A DNA stretch of 64,000 nucleotides from Spirogloea muscicola. Lineage: Eukaryota. The stretch spans positions 1,230,720 through 1,294,719 of the forward strand of contig WELB01000008.1 of the NCBI GenBank assembly GCA_009602725.1, given 5' to 3'. The notes under the pieces are model-generated. The model had not been told where the DNA came from and did no database searches. It saw nothing but the letters and a program-made list of their open reading frames with translations. Position 1 is the stretch's first letter; each line of letters begins with the position of its first letter. Positions 51,501-63,682 of this stretch are shown here, piece by piece. The position numbers were made by a program, and so were the translations under genes.

Positions 51501-52393
51501 TTACATGGAAGTTGCCAACTTTTGTCAGGCAGAGGCACTGGAGATTATGCACTTATTCGGCATATTGGGCCCTGACTGGCGGAGCCCTGACAGGCTGTAC
51601 CCTCAAGGTGCGCAGAGACTCGCTACTCACCAATGAGAGCCTTCAAAACTATGGGCTCAGACCTGCCCAGCTCCATCCACAGGGCCTCATCTACTTCACT
51701 GAAGACCTTTGTGAGCCCCTCCTGGGCCTGTTGCTCATCTGCAGCTAGGCCCTTCCCCTTGACTGGTACATTGGAGAAGGTATCGCTGTACAGGAAGTCA
51801 ATGGACTCCTGGAGTTGCTGTATCTGGGACATCTTAGCATCGATTTTGTGCTGGAGTTCCTGAGCCAGTTCCTCGGAGGCCTCGACAGCAGCCATGAACA
51901 ACTCTGCGAGCATTGGCAAGCTGTGCAGTAAACATGTGATGGACAGACAGTAGAGCGTAGGAACTGCCTGATGAACGCACAATTCATACTTGGTCCTACC
52001 CCAAACAATTCGCTATTCCTGCAATGCAGTGTTGTGCTAGTCGAAAAGTGCTTGCTGCTGCAGAATTGTGGCGAGATTCTCCAGTGTGATGTCCTCCACA
52101 CCTGCAGGACTGCTCTTCGAGCTCGCTTCATCCGAAGCATCCGTCGCCCGGGTGGATTCAGCCGCTGGCTTGTCGGCCAGCACTGCTTGAGGAGCATATG
52201 CATGGCAGGCTGCCTGGAGTCTGATCTTCAGGGGCCTCAGCCGGACCGCCCGCCCCCATTGTCCACCGTGCCGCCAACTGAGCTGCTCCGCCCGGCAGGC
52301 GGGCTGGGCACGCCGATCGCGCGCTGCAGAGCAGCGGCTGAGGCGGGAGCCGCATCCGGACGCGGCTGGCGCAGCCGCCGACGCCGCAGCCAT
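39548..52393 (-). CDS. CHLH2: Magnesium chelatase H subunit, second (CHLH2 / cyanobacterial BchH-like) type, many exons, long N-terminal extension
   Basis: [166 protein letters not shown]. Confidence 0.9.
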
Positions 52394-52891
52394 GGGGCCG
52401 CGCAATGCAATGCCGGCGGCTCTCCGGCGCCTCGAGGCAGAGGCGCCGCGGCCGCCGGCCGCTCTGCGAGGGCACCTCGGGCGGCTCCGGCTGCGCGAGC
52501 GGAGGCGCGACCTGGCAGAGCTGAAATGGTGGCAGCTGAGTGACGAGCCTCCGTGCTTGGCACGGGGCCCCGTGGCTGCGCAGAGAGACTTCTCCAGTGG
52601 GGGCGATGGCTGTGATTGAACAGCCCAGCGGAACGAAAAGTGTATACCTTGTCACATCTATTCGGGATGGCTTTTCACAGCCCTCGCCCCTTTTGGATGT
52701 AGCTTTTTCTTTTGGATGTAGCTTCCTCCGTTACCGTGACGAGGGGAGGCCCGCGGCAAAGGGGGAGGGGGGTAGCAAAACGAGAAAGATAGTGGCTTCA
52801 CCTTAGGGGAATTGAATGTGTTTTGAGTGATGGAGGGCCAGAGTGGCCAAGTACGGAGGCAAGCAGACTGACAATTGCACATCACCTGCTG

Positions 52892-54480
52892 CTAAGCAGA
52901 CCCGCTCAGTAACCACGATCGGCACATAGCATAGAGGTCGCTAACTGATGCCCGAAAACCGGACGGCAATTGACAAGCCCTTGTGCCACCAGCTAAGGAT
53001 CGACCTGCTTTCTGGTACAAAGCATGAGCCTGAGCTCGCTGCAACAGGCTGACACCCGATGTAACGAAGTTACATGGCTGGAATGTCAATGCAGCAGTAA
53101 TGTAGTGACAGATGCCTGGAGACTAGACACCTCATCCGGCTGATAAGTAAATTGACTGTCAGTGCCGCAGGAAAGGCTTGACAGATGCCTGGAGACGGAC
53201 ACTTCACCAGGCTGGGAAGCGTGAATTCAACCTAGAGCTGAGAGCGGCGCAACCCGAAGTCGTGACGCGCGAGACAGCATGATGCTGGCGCTGGAACGGC
53301 GACGGGAGGCGGCAGCGCTGTAGACTGCCTTGACGGCGTTCTTAGCCGTATGTTGACGGGAACGTAGACGGCTCACGATAGCCTGGGGGTAGTGACCGTC
53401 AGCTGCTAGTGACGGGGGGGGCCGTCAGTATGTCAGTGGTTGTTCATTGATGAGTAGATTGTCGGTGGTAGCCCGTTGATAGCCGTTACAGTCGTGGACG
53501 GGTCGTGAAGGCTAGACTGGGTGCCAGTTATCCCACCCGGGCCCTTGTGGCCGGGCTCGCAGTCTGTTGGGCTATATAGGGGGCACCCGAGATGGTAGAG
53601 GGGGTGAGTTCTTCACCCAACCTCGGACCCCTGGACCCTTGCCCCTGCAGTAACCGTTGCTGATTTTAATCGTTGCAGCCCCATTCCAATGCTTCCCCGC
53701 TTTTCCTTGCGCCGCCGGCAGCTCGGGCTTGGCGGTCCACAGCATTCGTTACACCCGACGTCGCAGAAACAACAGACAGGCTGCCGGCATGCCATCTGTG
53801 CTGGAAGCATATCCTCACGTCGTGCATAACCTAGAGTTGCGATGTTCTCAAGTAAGGTATGAAAACGAGGAACCATGCAGCCAAAGTTTTCAGATGCGGC
53901 TGGCAGGAGGTGATCGCACGGGGTTGTCATAGCAGTGCTGCAGCTTTCTCTGCTCTGCACTTTCCACTGGTGGCCAGCAATGTGGGTCGATGCTGGACAC
54001 TTCTAAGCCTCCATCATAACCACATCGATCAAGGCCTGTGGACCTCCGCCAGGTTATGCACCCACAATGTCCATGCTGCGACGGTGGTGGCGTCCGTGGT
54101 GATGGGCATAAGTTGTTCACTTCCACAATGGCACGGTAGCCTGCGTCACGCATCAAGTCCGCCAGGGCATCCCGTAGCAGATTATGACCGCCCACCACTT
54201 CAGCGCCAGCAGTGGGACAATGCAGCAGATGTGCAGCGAGGTCTCCGCCTCCGCCCGAAAGCCGCAATCACACTGACATACTCTGATCAGGCAGGTGTGG
54301 GGCAGGCCAAGGAACAGATGGAGGAGCGTACGACAGGCCTCGGGGCTGATCTGCGAGGCGTTGTGGATGGCGTGAATTGTGAGCCAGTCGGTAGTTCCAG
54401 GCGTTGCCAGAGAGGTGAGTTGTGCCAGATTCTTTGAATTGGGTATTAATGTTGGCATCCTCCTCAGCGTCTTGCGACGC
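52892..54480 (-). mobile_element. Old, frameshifted CRE-like RLE retrotransposon interrupted by a solo LTR
   Basis: LLHLFLGLP..CQCDCG, AHLLHCPT..GHNLLRDAL (zinc knuckle), LLPAASENFG, and after the LTR VSLLQRAQAHALYQKAGRSLAG..VSDLY. Confidence 0.75.
53060..53753. mobile_element. Solo LTR (694 bp)
   Basis: Termini TGTAACGAA...TTCGTTACA (9-bp inverted repeat, TG..CA). A 5-bp duplication CCCGA lies on both sides (53055-53059 and 53754-53758). TATA-like CTATATAG at ~53572. Confidence 0.88.
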
Positions 54481-55016
54481 TCATATTGACTGCAGCTATG
54501 AGTCTTGCCTGTGCCCCTTTGTCCGGTGCTTGGGCAAGCGCTGAGAAAGGAGTGAGGAGGCTTGCAGGGAGGGGAATGCTTTACCGAAGGGGGCGGTGGG
54601 CCCAGAAAGAGAGATGGACTCTTCCAGGAGAAGGCGGTGGCTGTGAAAAGCCAGCCTAGAAAGCATGGACAAGTTCCAAAGGGCCGGAAATTCGAGTAAA
54701 TTTGCAGCTGGAAGTAGCCTGGTAGATTAACCTTCGCCCCGCGTCGCAGGCCGGCATCGCTGAGACTCGCTGCCAGTTGCAAGGCCATGGAGAAGAGAGA
54801 AAGAGAGAGAGAGAGAGGCCATGGAGAAAGGAACAGCTCTTCCAGTATAAGAAAGAAGTGCTCGCCCATAGAGAAGAGTGACTGGCAGGAACAGCTCTTC
54901 CAGTATAAGGCAGTGGCTGTGAAAGGCCAGCCCAAAGCAATGTTCAAGGTCTGAATGGGCCGGGAGGCTGTGAAAAGCCAGCCAACGGGTTGGAAAGAAG
55001 GCGGTGCGCATGAAAG

Positions 55017-56113
55017 AGAGGAAGGGCTCGCCCATTGAGGATAGGGGCTGGAAAAGCCAGCCCAAAAAAGAATGAACAAAGTACGAGAAGGGGGCCAAAG
55101 GAAGCGCTAAGAAAACAAAGCACACAAAGAAAGAAAGCAGCTGCAAATCACTCAGTAACCCCTGCTAAGCAGCCGCAAATCAGAGAGGCTAGGGTCCTGA
55201 AAGTGGGTCCCCTGGCCAGAGCCAGAGGCAGCAGCAAGAGCCCGGCCGGCACGAAGGTGCAGCGCACGGGCCATCGACCGCTGCAGCGAGACGGCCAGGC
55301 GCATGCGATACAATTGCGCCAGCGACCCTGCTGCAGGGAAGTCTACAGGCTCCCTATGGAAGGAACGGGCGATGGTGTGGCGGGCGAGCTGGGTGAGCAG
55401 CTCGAGCCACCGAGCACCCAGCGCCCCATGGGTGTCTATGGCCAACGGGAAGAACTTGTCGGCCGGCGGATGGTCAGCGTACTTGAGCTCCTCAGCGCGA
55501 GCGGCGCCGGCGACCGCATACCCAGCCTTGGTGGCACACTGGGCTGGGTGGGAGCGGTCGAAGGCGTCGGTGGTCACCACGTCCAGGAGAAGACGTGGCC
55601 CGCCCGCCTGTGGGGTGGCCACCAGGTCTACGTGCCGGGCGTGGAGACCGTCGGCCCTGTCCTGGAGCGGCATGACGCCGGAGTGCTCCGCAGCCACCGA
55701 GAAGCCCGCCTCTGCCAGGATGCCGTGCATCGCATCGCGGAGGCGGTCGTGGGCCGCCGTCCGCTCGCCGCCGTGGGCGCAGCGCAGGACGCGGGCGGCC
55801 AGCTCCCCAGACTCGGCCCCTCGCTCGCCGCATTCGCATTGTCGCACGCCCTGGAGACAAGGAGGCGGCAGTCCCAGGAGCCGGTGGACTGCAGTGCGAA
55901 ATACCTCATCGGGAAGCGTGAGGGCGTCGTTGATGGGGAGGGCCTGAAGCCACGCCGCTGCCCCCGGGGACGAGGCAGATTGAAGTCTCGCGCGCCCGCG
56001 CAGGTCGGCCTCAGGGAGCTGCAGCACGGCGGTGGTGTAGGCGGCCTTGTCGACGACGGCCGCGAAGCGCGCTTGGACGCGCAGGTCAGCGGTGTGCGCG
56101 AGGTGCGCAAAAG
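55017..56113 (-). mobile_element. 5'-truncated CRE-like RLE retrotransposon (longest uninterrupted piece; zinc knuckle plus RLE, no RT)
   Basis: RARLQSASSPGAAAWLQALP..RLLGLP..CECG..LRCAHGGERTAAHDRLRD..RHVDL..LLLDVVTTD..LKY..FFPLAIDTHG..LSRGY* (stop at 55152), followed by a hairpin UTR. Confidence 0.88.
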
Positions 56114-56442
56114 AAGAAAGCGGCTGCTGATATGAAAGAATCGGCTGTGAAATGCAATGGAGACCGCCTGGCCTGCCGGGGTGCGCCGCGAGCAGCTCCT
56201 GGTGGGCGGTGCGAAGCGCCACCTGGAACGGCAGCGCGCCCTTGTCAACCTCCATGAAAGAGAGAAGGCGCGCGGGGCGCATGAATTGAAAGGGAGGCCA
56301 ATTCAAGCCAATACATTGTTCAGGCAGAGTCGAGTGAAAGAAGAAGAAGTGGCACTCCCAATGGGGGCAAGGGCTGCGAAAAGCCAGCCCAAAAAGAATT
56401 CACAAAGGTTCAGAGGGGCCTACGAGCGGTGAGCAGCTACAA

Positions 56443-57262
56443 AGAAGAAAGTGCTCGCCCATTGAGAATAGGGGCTGGAACAACCAGCCCGAAAAAGAAT
56501 GAACAGAGTACGAGAAGGGGGCCAGGGGAAGCGCTAAGTAACAGAAACAAAGCTGCTACGAGACACTCAGTAACCCCTGCTAAGCAGCCGCAGATCAGAG
56601 ATGCTGGGCTCCTGGAAGTGGGTCCCCTGGCCAGAGCCAGAGGCAGCAGCGAGGGCTCTGCCGGCACGAAGGTGCAGCGCCCGGGCCATGGACCTCTGCA
56701 GCGAGACGGCCAGGCGCATTCGATACACTTGCGCCAGCGACCCGGCTGCAGGGAAGTCAACCGGCTCCCCATGGAAGCGCCGGGCGATGGTGTGGCGGGC
56801 GAGCTGGGTGAGCAGCTCGAGCCACCGAGCGCCCAGCGCCCCATGTGTGTCGATGGCCAACGGGAAGAACTCGTCTTCCCGCGGATGATCCGCGTACTTC
56901 AGCTCTTTGGCCCGAGCAGCGCAGGCGACCGCATACCCAGCCGTGGTGGCACATTTGGCTGGGTGTGAGCGGTCATAGGCATCAGTAGTCACCACGTCCA
57001 GGAGAAGACGTGGCCCGCCGGCCTGTCGGGTGGCCACCAGGTCTACACGCCTGGCATGAAGACCGTCGGCTCTGTGCTGGATTGGCATGATTCCGGAGTG
57101 CTCTGCTGCCACAGAGAAACCAGCCTCCAACAGGATGCCATGCATTACGTCGCGGAGGCGGTCGTGGGCCGCTGTCCGCTCTCCGCCGTGGGAACAGCGC
57201 AGAACATGAGCAGCCAGCTCTCCAGGCTCGGTCCCGCGCTCGCCACACTCACAGCTACAAAG
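56443..57262 (-). mobile_element. Second, diverged copy of the same RLE retrotransposon family
   Basis: CECG..AHVLRCSHGGERTAAHDRLRD..RRVDL..LLDVVTTD..KELKY..LSRGY* (stop at 56567), followed by a hairpin UTR. Confidence 0.88.
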
Positions 57263-57368
57263 GGGCCTGAGGAGAAGAGAGAGAGAAGGCGCGCGGGGCG
57301 CATGAGTTGAAAGGGAGGCCAATTCAAGCCAATACATGAAAGAAGAAAGAGCTCGCCCATTGAGGATA

Positions 57369-57719
57369 AGAAAGAAAGAGCGCGCCCATAGAGAAAGGGG
57401 GCCAGCAAAGCCAGCCCAGAAAGAATGGACAATGTCAAAAGCCAAAAAACACAAAATCAAAAAACACACAGCTAGGCAGCTAGAGAAGAAGACACGACGA
57501 AGTCACAGGAAGCTCAATACCCCCGGGTGAGCAACATCAGGTCGGAGTAGCTCGACGCAGGAAATGATGCATCCAGACGCGACCCAGAAGCAGCCGCGAT
57601 AGCGCGGCCCGCACGCGAGTGGACGGCATAGGCGAGGGAGCGTTGGAGGGACAAGGAGAGCCGCATCCGGAAGACCTGGGCCAGAGAGCCGGCCGCGTTG
57701 AAGCCGGGCAGCCCCCCTG
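57369..57719 (-). mobile_element. Family A 3' fragment nested in the UTR of another copy
   Basis: FRMRLSLSLQRSLA..SDLMLLTRGY* plus UTR, with a 7-bp duplication GAGGATA at 57362 and 57720. Confidence 0.85.
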
Positions 57720-58178
57720 GAGGATAGGGGCTGGAACAGCCAGCCCAAAAAAGAATGAGCAGAGTACAAGAAGCCCAAGAAGAAGGGGGCCAGGCGAAGC
57801 ACTAAGGCGTGAAAGGCATGAAAGGTAACAATGTTAGTGGAATTTCAAACCCACCGTCTGCCAGCCCCGCTGACGCCTCCAAGTGGTGGCTGCTAGTGGG
57901 CCCCGCCGTCACCCGCCATCCCCCTTTCCGAACCTTCCTGAGCCGACCTCCCCGCCCAGCACGGCGAAGGCTCCCCCAACTCCCGCCATGGCGGCCTCCT
58001 GCGCGCAAGCCGCTCACAGTGCCGTAGCGGCACCGCAGCCGGCGGCATGCGCACTCGCCAGCCAGCACCGGGCACGCCGCACCTTTAAGCCGCGGCGTCG
58101 TCTTGTGCGCGGGCGCGCCGCCGCCGCAGGCTTGGCTTGGCGTCTCTGGCTGCCGCTGGCCCCGCCGGGCGTGCGAGC

Positions 58179-59884
58179 ATGGCGGAGCTGCCCGTGCTGT
58201 TCGTCTCGCACGGCTCGCCGATGCTCGCGCTGGAGAAAAGCCCCACTTCCGCGTTCCTTACGAACCTCGGCGGCCAGGTGAGGGCCGGCTGCTGCGCCTC
58301 CCCAGCAATAGTGATGCAGAATGCCACCCTCTTGTCGAGGAGCTTGTGTGCACATCCGGCCGCTCTGACTCGTCCGGCCTTGCCTTTTCTCCCACGAGGC
58401 AGGTGCTGAAGCTTCCAAACGTGAAAGCGATCGTCATCGTGAGCGCCCATTGGGAGACCCATGGCACAATCCACGTGAACACCTCTGCCAAAACGAGTGT
58501 GATCCATGACTTCTACGGCTTTCCGTCAGCCATGTACAAGATCAAGTACCCGGCGCGCGGCCATCCTGACGTCGCCAGACGAGCTATTGAGGTCAATGTG
58601 ACTGCCAAACCGACGTGTAGGGTGCTATCACTGTCGAGAGCTGGTTGAGAAGAAACACATGGGTGCCCAGTATACTGATTTGCCAAGCATCAGAAGGGGC
58701 TACAGGTCATCTTACGATCTTTCCACTGCAGTTGCCTCCCGCCCAGCAAAGGTCCCATCATCTAGGCCAGCTTGACTACAATACCTTGGTAGGAAAATAG
58801 CAACTTGGCAGGTAGTGATTATATGACCCACAGCTTCTACTGATCAACGACCTCCTCTGGGCTTCCGTACAGCTCCTGAGAAGAGCAGGAATCGCTGCCA
58901 CGGAAGATGCTTCCCATGGTTTGGATCATGGAGCATGGGTCCCACTGCACGTGATGCTCCCACAGGCTGACATTCCAGTTGTTCAGGTCAACCGGCCACT
59001 CACTAGCAGTTGCAGCTCTGAAGTCAATTGACAGGACTGAGATGTGTCTCAGGCGGGTGCTTATCTGTCCAGTCATTGACAGCAAGAGCTGCATTGTATC
59101 TAGGGCTTAGTGCTTCATATCACCCAGTCGGTCAGGAATATTGGATGTATTTACTAAGTTGTGCTCATTGTGCTCATAATTGCTCATCTTCAGCTTTCAT
59201 TGTTGGCTGGAGGCTCAATGAGGGACCATGTGGCTGTAGGAGAAGCCCTCTCTGTTCTGCGGGACGAAGGAGTGTTGCTCATCTGCAGCGGCACGGCAGT
59301 GCATAATCTGCAGGAGATTCGCAAGTACCTTGACAATCAGAAGGTTTGAGAAGTATACCCCCTTTACTTGTCAGCGAGTGCGTCATGTGTGACCTTAATC
59401 ATGTGTGGCATTGACAGACTTGTGTGTCTGTTTCTTGGTGATAAAGATCAGCAGCAGCTGCTTAATACGCAGGCGTATTGCACCTCATCTGTGTAGGTGC
59501 CAGAGTATGTTGGCCTTTTTGATGACGCATTGGATGCTGTAGCCCTCGAGACCACCGATGCTTCAGACCGCAAAGAAAGAGCAATTGGTACGTGTATCAA
59601 AGCATTCCAATGTGCAACACCTTGACCTCTGTATCTAGCTGCTTGTCAACACCTTGACCTCTGTATCTAGCTGCTTGTCAACATCTTAAGACTGTGAAAC
59701 TGCTCTCATAGGATTGGAGCAACAGCCTCAAGTCAAGCAAGCACATCCCACACTGGAGCACCTCCTTCCCTTTCATGTGGCCATTGGCGCTGCTGGCAGT
59801 TCGCCGGGTCTGAAGCTTCATTCAGCCAGGAGGATGAGCACCAGCATGGCCTCTTACTCTTTTGGGCATGGGCTTCGAGCATGA
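58179..59884 (+). CDS. LigB-family extradiol ring-cleavage dioxygenase (DODA-like), multi-exon
   Basis: LPVLFVSHGSPM, IVIVSAHWET, IHDFYGFPSAMYKIKYPARG, GLDHGAWVPL, GVLLICSGTAVHNL, AHPTLEHLLPFHVAIGAAG. Confidence 0.92.
59619..59683. repeat. Short intronic tandem duplication (~32 bp x2)
   Basis: ACCTTGACCTCTGTATCTAGCTGCTTGTCAAC repeated. Confidence 0.75.
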
Positions 59885-60551
59885 ATGCTCCATATGTTTG
59901 GCTAAGTGTGAAGTCGAGTACCTTGCCAAACGACCATGGCTGTAGCTCCTCTTTGTGAAGCTTTGCAATATGAACACAACAGGTGGCCATGGATAGCTGA
60001 GCCACTCTCTAATTTACGGGGGTCGGTGGTCCTCGTTACTTCCGCTGCTGGCCTGTCGGTACATCTGTCTGTACAGATGTCTTGCGAAAGCGATCTGCAT
60101 TCTATCCTTCTCTGCTGTAGTCAATCTCCTCATACAAGACAGTAGCACACTCATCATAAACGGCCACCCAGTCGCGCTTGGCACCATCAGATTTGGGGTG
60201 GATGCTCTGAGTAGAATTTATACTCGTGACTAGTAAAAATGACTACACAGTGATTCAGACAGTTGTGATTGAAAAGAGAAGGAATGATTAAGTACAATTT
60301 ACAAGTGTCGGACTGCTCAGCATAAGTGCACACCCTCGTACAGTGCTTGAGACATTGTCCGCCCCTGATCATTTTCCTGTCGCAGAACCTTGAGCCAATG
60401 ACTTCAATTGGTGATTTTATACTTCGATTATCAATGTGAATATAACGCAAGCATCGCTTGTGGACATGACAAGTTTGCAAATCTCAGTGCCTTGTGAGCT
60501 GCTCACAAATAGCAATGTGTCGTGTTTGATTGATCATGAGGCAGTGCGATG

Positions 60552-63139
60552 CTAACTGCGCTTTGCCCATTCAGGCCCGTAAAAGGCAACGTTGGTGCGA
60601 CCGTAGCGTCGATCTCGTATCTGCGAGAAAGAAGGAACCGTGACAGTCAGATGCAGTACAATGTCCAAAGTCATTGGCTTCAGAATCTATGTGGTCGATC
60701 ATACAAGTCGGACCTCCTTGGAGGCAGGAACTTGAGATGCAGCCTAGTAGCAAGCCTTTGGCGCAAATATGTGTAATACAGCTTAGCATCAGCTGTATCA
60801 AAGAAACATCTGTACCAGGTGGAGAGGGCCACATTGGTCCAGGATGTTTGCTTTTGACCGGGAAGGGTATTCGATCACCTGACAAGAGAAATCACGAATC
60901 AGGCTCAGGCACTGTCTTACACAGCAACTAAGATTGCATACTGCTTGAGGTTTGAGGCTCAAGGCTTTGATCATAAGGTAAGGTGGATAACAGACACTCA
61001 ATGATATTACAAGATGGAACCAACATATGGATGGACAATATCGAAAAAACTCATCAATGGAAGAATGTGTTACAAAGCTCATAGCTCGCAAGCGCATAAA
61101 TCTCGTGTAATACGTACACATATGGTATCTGATCCAATAAGGGGAGATATGGCAAGCTTCGTAAGAAGTTCCGAGTAGGACACAGCTTCGTACGGAGGTG
61201 TGACACTCACGTAGTCAAAGGTTCCTCCAGCAAAAGCCGCTGCAGCAAAGTACTGCTGCAGTTAGGTACTGGACCTTGTCCAAGACGTGTACATAAACCT
61301 CGCAGGAGCACCGAGCAGATGCAGGTAGTCACACGCATAAGGAGTTTTGCACAGCTGTTGTGCAAAACCCCAAGCAGCAAAACCCCAAGCAGTAATTAGT
61401 GGGACTGCTTAAGCAAGACCTTGCATTCTGGCAGGGAAATGCAACGCATATAAGTAGAGGCATACCACCACACTCCTCGGCACGATTCAAGAAGGCCTCC
61501 ACCCGCACAGTGTGAATCACGCTTTGGCCAGCCAGGTCGCAAGAGGATAGGTTGGTCCCGAGCACGTTGCTGACAACCCATGGGTCCATTTCAACGAAAT
61601 GTGCCTGAAGCAAACAAGAGACTGGTCATTGGCACCGTAGAGCTGAAACTGCTTCACCCTGAGCATCTATTGTTTCAAGTTTAAGCAACCCAAGAAGTAG
61701 CCAACACGCGAACTCCTCTGCCTTACAGTGTCACACCCTCGGCTCATGGCTTCTATCCCAACAGAGCCTGTTCCGCTGTACAAGTCCAACCACCTGCCGC
61801 CCGGCAAACAGCCAGGTGATCCTGCCAAGCACTGCCCACAAGAAGCGTCAGCAGTGGTGCAATTCCAGCGCAGGTACGCAACCTCTTCAGCATGCGGCCA
61901 TGTGAGAGACACCAACATTCTTCCTTTGTCACCCTGCTTCTTCAGCAGGACGACAAAACGACACAGAAGGTTGGGCAGGGCTTCTGAGAGGGTGTGCCAA
62001 GAACCTGCAGCATACTAAAGACCGCTCCACGCACAACCTCCATCATAGGCCGGACATTGGCGTCAGCAGGAGAGAGCAGCTTCCGGCCACCTTGGCGCCC
62101 ACCCATAACCTGCACATGAGCTGCCACAGTGTGAGCAATTTTGTGCTGAGTACAGCTGTGCAATTTCTACATAGTGTTATACATGACTTCTGGCCTTGTC
62201 ATATATAACGTAAGCATGCAGCAAAGGATGAGCAACCGCATGCCCAATTGTAGCAAAGAAGTAAAGCTTGGTCACCCTCAGTTGCCGATGCGTGGAACGC
62301 AGTGGGGGCGCTTCACCCCTGAGGTCAGACGCGCTCTTGCTCTCTGCCTCCTTTTCGAGCTGCTTGCGGATTTTGAGTGGGATGTGTAGGCCTGTGCCGA
62401 TTGTCTTCTGTCAAGAAGGTCAGACGTGGCATGCAAGGAAAGGTTCTCAGCTTCCAGGAGCATTGTGCTATGCAAGAGGCTTCTGCTTCAAGTAAGACCC
62501 ACCAGACACCGTCACTACACACTATACGCAGGAGCATCACCTGTAAGGACTACAGAAAATGCGGACCTCCTGCCACCGAGCGAGAGAAGAAATGAGGAAA
62601 CAGTGCACACCTCCCTCGAGGTCAGTGTGGCGGGGTCCACCAGCCACCCGCGCTCCAGAGTGTACACATCCTCCTCGCCTTCCTTCTCTGCGTCAGCGGC
62701 TGCTAGTCGACCTCCAGCCCCTCGCCTCGGCTCACCTGTCGGCCCTTCCTCTCCCTCCTGCTTCCTGGGGCCTCTGCGCGGCCTCGTGCCGCTGCCGGCC
62801 TTCCTCACTGCTGCATGGCAGCGTGCATGGCCTCAGACGACGACCCCTCCCGACGATATGGGCCGCACCCACAAGAAGGCGAGGCGAAAGAGAAGGCGGC
62901 AAACGTGCACCGCGACGAAGTGCCGGCCAGAGACTCGGTTGTCAATGACCTGCACGGCGAAGGATGCCCCCATGCCTCGCACACCGAACACCGACGGGAG
63001 CGGGAGGCGCAGCCACGCTCCACCGCGCTGGCCGGCCACTGGGGCCTTGCCGCTTGACGAGGTGCGTTAATCGGCCCTCGGGCTCCAGCAGCGCCCCTGC
63101 CGTCTCACCGAGCGCGGCCCCAGCCAGCACTCCGTGCAT
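60552..63139 (-). CDS. rsmD: RsmD/YhhF-like rRNA m2G methyltransferase, plastid-type, multi-exon; start uncertain
   Basis: VMGGRQGGRKLLSP..VRPMMEVVRGAVFSML, WLDLYSGTGSVGIEAMSRG, HFVEMDPWVV, FDYVSVTPPYEAV, VIEYP, RDRRYGRTNVAFYGPEWA. Confidence 0.88.
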
Positions 63140-63682
63140 GGCAGGTGGCCCACGCGACGCCACCAGCCAGTCAGCCGTGTCTTGAGCGGAGGAGGGCCCT
63201 GCAGGCGTCCCGCAGATGGCACAGCGGGCACACGCCACGCCCACTGTGCCGCCTGACGCCGCAATCCTTCACAGCCTTTCGCTGTGGCAGTGGCGTCGGA
63301 GGCGAGGCCCGTGCGCTGCCAGAAGATGCACCAACGGGCGCTACGTCTGTCGCCGCCGCTCTCGCCTGGAGGCTGGCGGCTGTCCTGGCGGCGGGCGGGC
63401 GCGAGACCGAGGGTGGGGGGCGGCGTGGCGGGGCGGACTGGCACCGTCGCTGCGCAGCGGGCGAGGATCGGCTGCTGCGCAAGCTCAGCTGGGCCGGCTG
63501 GGAGAATGGCGGGGGTGGGGTTTAAGGCTTTCAAGGGGTTTGAGGGTTCAAGGTGGGGTTTAAGGCCACACCTGAACTCCTTGAGGCGACGCCCGCCAGC
63601 TCGAGGCCCGCTTGCCGCGCTCGCGCGCCTCCTCTGGCTGCGCCCCCGGGACGAGGCTGCGCTTGTCGCGCCAGCCGCAGCC

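Noticed and set aside
55152..56306. 384-aa ORF as a standalone or domesticated nuclease gene
   Set aside because: Its first ~65 codons are read through family B and C UTR fragments. It is a chance fusion onto a truncated element.
15917..57800. CRISPR-like array from the recurring palindromic motif
   Set aside because: Copies are dispersed, diverged and in both orientations, with no regular spacers and no cas genes.
58179..59884. DODA as evidence for betalain synthesis
   Set aside because: LigB homologues are widespread in green plants and bacteria, and no pathway partners are present in this window.
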